This document shows positions 49,488 to 51,242 of a DNA stretch of 51,242 nt, in pieces; the first letter of the stretch is position 1, and the number at the start of each line of letters is the position of its first letter. Position numbers and translations under genes: made by a program. The notes below the pieces were generated by a model that was not told the origin of the DNA, did no database searches, and saw nothing but the letters and a program-made list of their open reading frames with translations. Source of the DNA: Octopus bimaculoides (Eukaryota); the NCBI RefSeq assembly GCF_001194135.2, contig NC_068982.1:10800385-10851626 (forward strand). The letters run 5' to 3'.

Positions 49488-49612
49488 TAATCCAGTAAAG
49501 TATTTTTACTTTTTGAACCTTCAGACTATTCCATTAAGATCATTTTTAATTAATTATCCAAGTCGAACCTAATGCACTCATATAAGTTATTGCTCAGACT
49601 ATAATCTGTAAT

Positions 49613-49940
49613 CGTGGCACTCCGTCGGTTACGACGACGAGGGTTCCAGTTGATCCGATCAACGGAACAGTCTGCTCGTGAAATTAGCGTGTACCCTTAA
49701 CGTAGTTCTCGGGGAGATTTAGCGTGACGCTGACTGTGACAAAGTTGGCCCTTTGAAATACAAGTACAATAGAAACATAAGAAAGAGTGAGAGAAAGCTG
49801 TGGTGAAAGAGTATAGCAGGATTCGCCACCACCCCATACCGGAGCCTCGTGGAGCTTTAGGTGTTTTCACTTAATAAACAGTCACAACACCTGGTCAGGG
49901 AATCGAAACCGTGATCCTACCACCACGAATGCGCCTCCAC
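49613..49940 (-). mobile_element. SINE family C with internal deletions, 12-bp TSD
   Basis: ataatctgtaat at 49601-49612 and 49941-49952. Confidence 0.9.
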
Positions 49941-50491
49941 ATAATCTGTAATAAAAGAGAAGGAAATAAACTTTTCAAGCACGGTTCTATGTTTGGTGCA
50001 CTTTCAGTTCTATGTATTTTCAATACTTTTTGTGCATTGAACGAAGATGAGATATATTAAAGGAAGTTAATAATAAAATCATAATATAGATCACATGGGA
50101 ATATCGACTTCGCTACGATAAAACAAAAGAATTATATTAATGAAGTATATCAGAGAAATGGTGAATATGAAAGTATTTGTGTGAATAGAGGAATAGAGGA
50201 ATAGATGAGAGATATCAAGGATTTGGAATCCGTTATGTTCAAGCGTATTAGTTTAATGAAATGATATGTTAAATAAATACAAAAAATGTATGTATATATA
50301 TATATATATNNNNNNNNNNNNNNNNNNNNNNNNNNNNNNNNNNNNNNNNNNNNNNNNNNNNNNNNNNNNNNNNNNNNNNNNNNNNNNNNNNNNNNNNNNN
50401 NNNNNNNNNNNNNNNNNNNNNNNNNNNNNNNNNNNNNNNNNNNNNNNNNNNNNNNNNNNNNNNNNNNNNNNNNNNNNNNNNNNNNTATATA

Positions 50492-50615
50492 CAGGGTGTC
50501 CACAAAGTCTGGCTACATGAAGTAAATAAAATCATAACATAAACAATTAATTATAAGAAATAATTTCTTAAAGTATGTGTTAATCCCCGTGTACCCAGAC
50601 TTTGTGGACACCCTG
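50492..50615. mobile_element. Tc1/mariner-type MITE, 124 bp
   Basis: Perfect 21-bp TIR cagggtgtccacaaagtctgg (26 bp with one mismatch), TA on both sides. Confidence 0.92.
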
Positions 50616-50617
50616 TA

Positions 50618-50620
50618 TAT

Positions 50621-50707
<87 letters not shown>

Positions 50708-50732
50708 CATACATGCATATTTACATGCATAT

Positions 50733-50829
<97 letters not shown>

Positions 50830-50837
50830 TGTGTGTG
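50618..50837. repeat. Compound (CA)n(TA)n(TG)n microsatellite
   Basis: Direct tandem repeats. Confidence 0.95.
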
Positions 50838-50839
50838 AA

Positions 50840-51077
50840 GGCGCATAGCTCAGTGGTCAGAGAGTCGAGCTTACAATCGTGACGTTGTGAGTTCAATTCC
50901 CAGACCGAGTTGCGTGTTGTGTTCTTGAGCAAGACACTTCATTTAACGTTGCTCCAGTTCACTCAGCTGTAGAAATGAGTCGCTGCGACATCACTGGTGC
51001 CAAGCTGTATCGGCCCCTTTGTCTTTCCCTTGAATAACATCAGTGGTGTGGAGAGGGGAGGTTGGTATGCATGGGCG
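50840..51077 (+). mobile_element. SINE family E (tRNA head, core shared with D, distinct tail)
   Basis: TAGCTCAGTGG, GTTCAATTCC, ttgagcaagacac..cactcagctgtagaaatgagt. Confidence 0.8.
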
Positions 51078-51082
51078 CAATA

Positions 51083-51242
51083 GCGCAGGAGTGGCTGTGT
51101 GGTAAGTAGCTTGCTTACCAACCACATGGTTCCGGGTTCAGTCCCACTGCGTGGCACCTTGGGCAAGTGTCTTCTACTATAGCCTCGGGCCGACCAAAGC
51201 CTTGTGAGTGGATTTAGTAGACGGAAACTGAAAGAAGCCCAT
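51083..51242 (+). mobile_element. SINE family A, near consensus, cut by window end
   Basis: Near-identical to 23220-23383 and 10050-10216. Confidence 0.93.

Larger units (their letters stand above)
4943..50485. other. Assembly gaps (N) at 4943-5467, 7464-7473, 7688-7697, 7997-8953, 12911-13317, 21329-21743, 28759-29188, 34859-35272, 39726-39779, 41163-41175, 46532-46558, 48536-49227, 50310-50485
   Basis: N runs; the long X-rich ORFs in the track are artefacts of these gaps. Confidence 0.98.

Noticed and set aside
4872-50535. Long ORFs rich in X or in LLLL, IIII, YIYI, CVCV, HTHT and ERER runs
   Set aside because: Produced by N gaps and microsatellites, not genes
1-51242. CRISPR arrays, operons or other prokaryotic systems
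   Set aside because: No regularly spaced repeat-spacer structure or dense gene packing; the sequence is eukaryotic repeat-rich DNA

Overview
Repeat-dense, AT-rich animal genomic DNA with about 4.7 kb of N gaps, most abutting microsatellites. The SINE families and microsatellite load look like an octopus (coleoid cephalopod) assembly; this is inferred from sequence style, not checked. No host gene can be called with confidence; there is one weak exon candidate. Contents: about 30 tRNA-derived SINE copies from several module-sharing families, a 5S rRNA copy, decayed non-LTR retrotransposons (R4/Dong-like in a TAA tract, Tx1/L1-like at a GATA tract, four RTE-like pieces), a decayed Penelope-like element (RT plus GIY-YIG), and four MITEs. 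The most notable signal is six minimal type I hammerhead-ribozyme motifs with unrelated flanks. One is intact in the Penelope 3' end (46187-46272). One marks the boundary of a 319-nt tandem unit that looks like a retrozyme (24112-24597). One sits in an apparent tRNA-headed non-autonomous element (9686-10038). Folds were done by eye; no searches or folding software were run.
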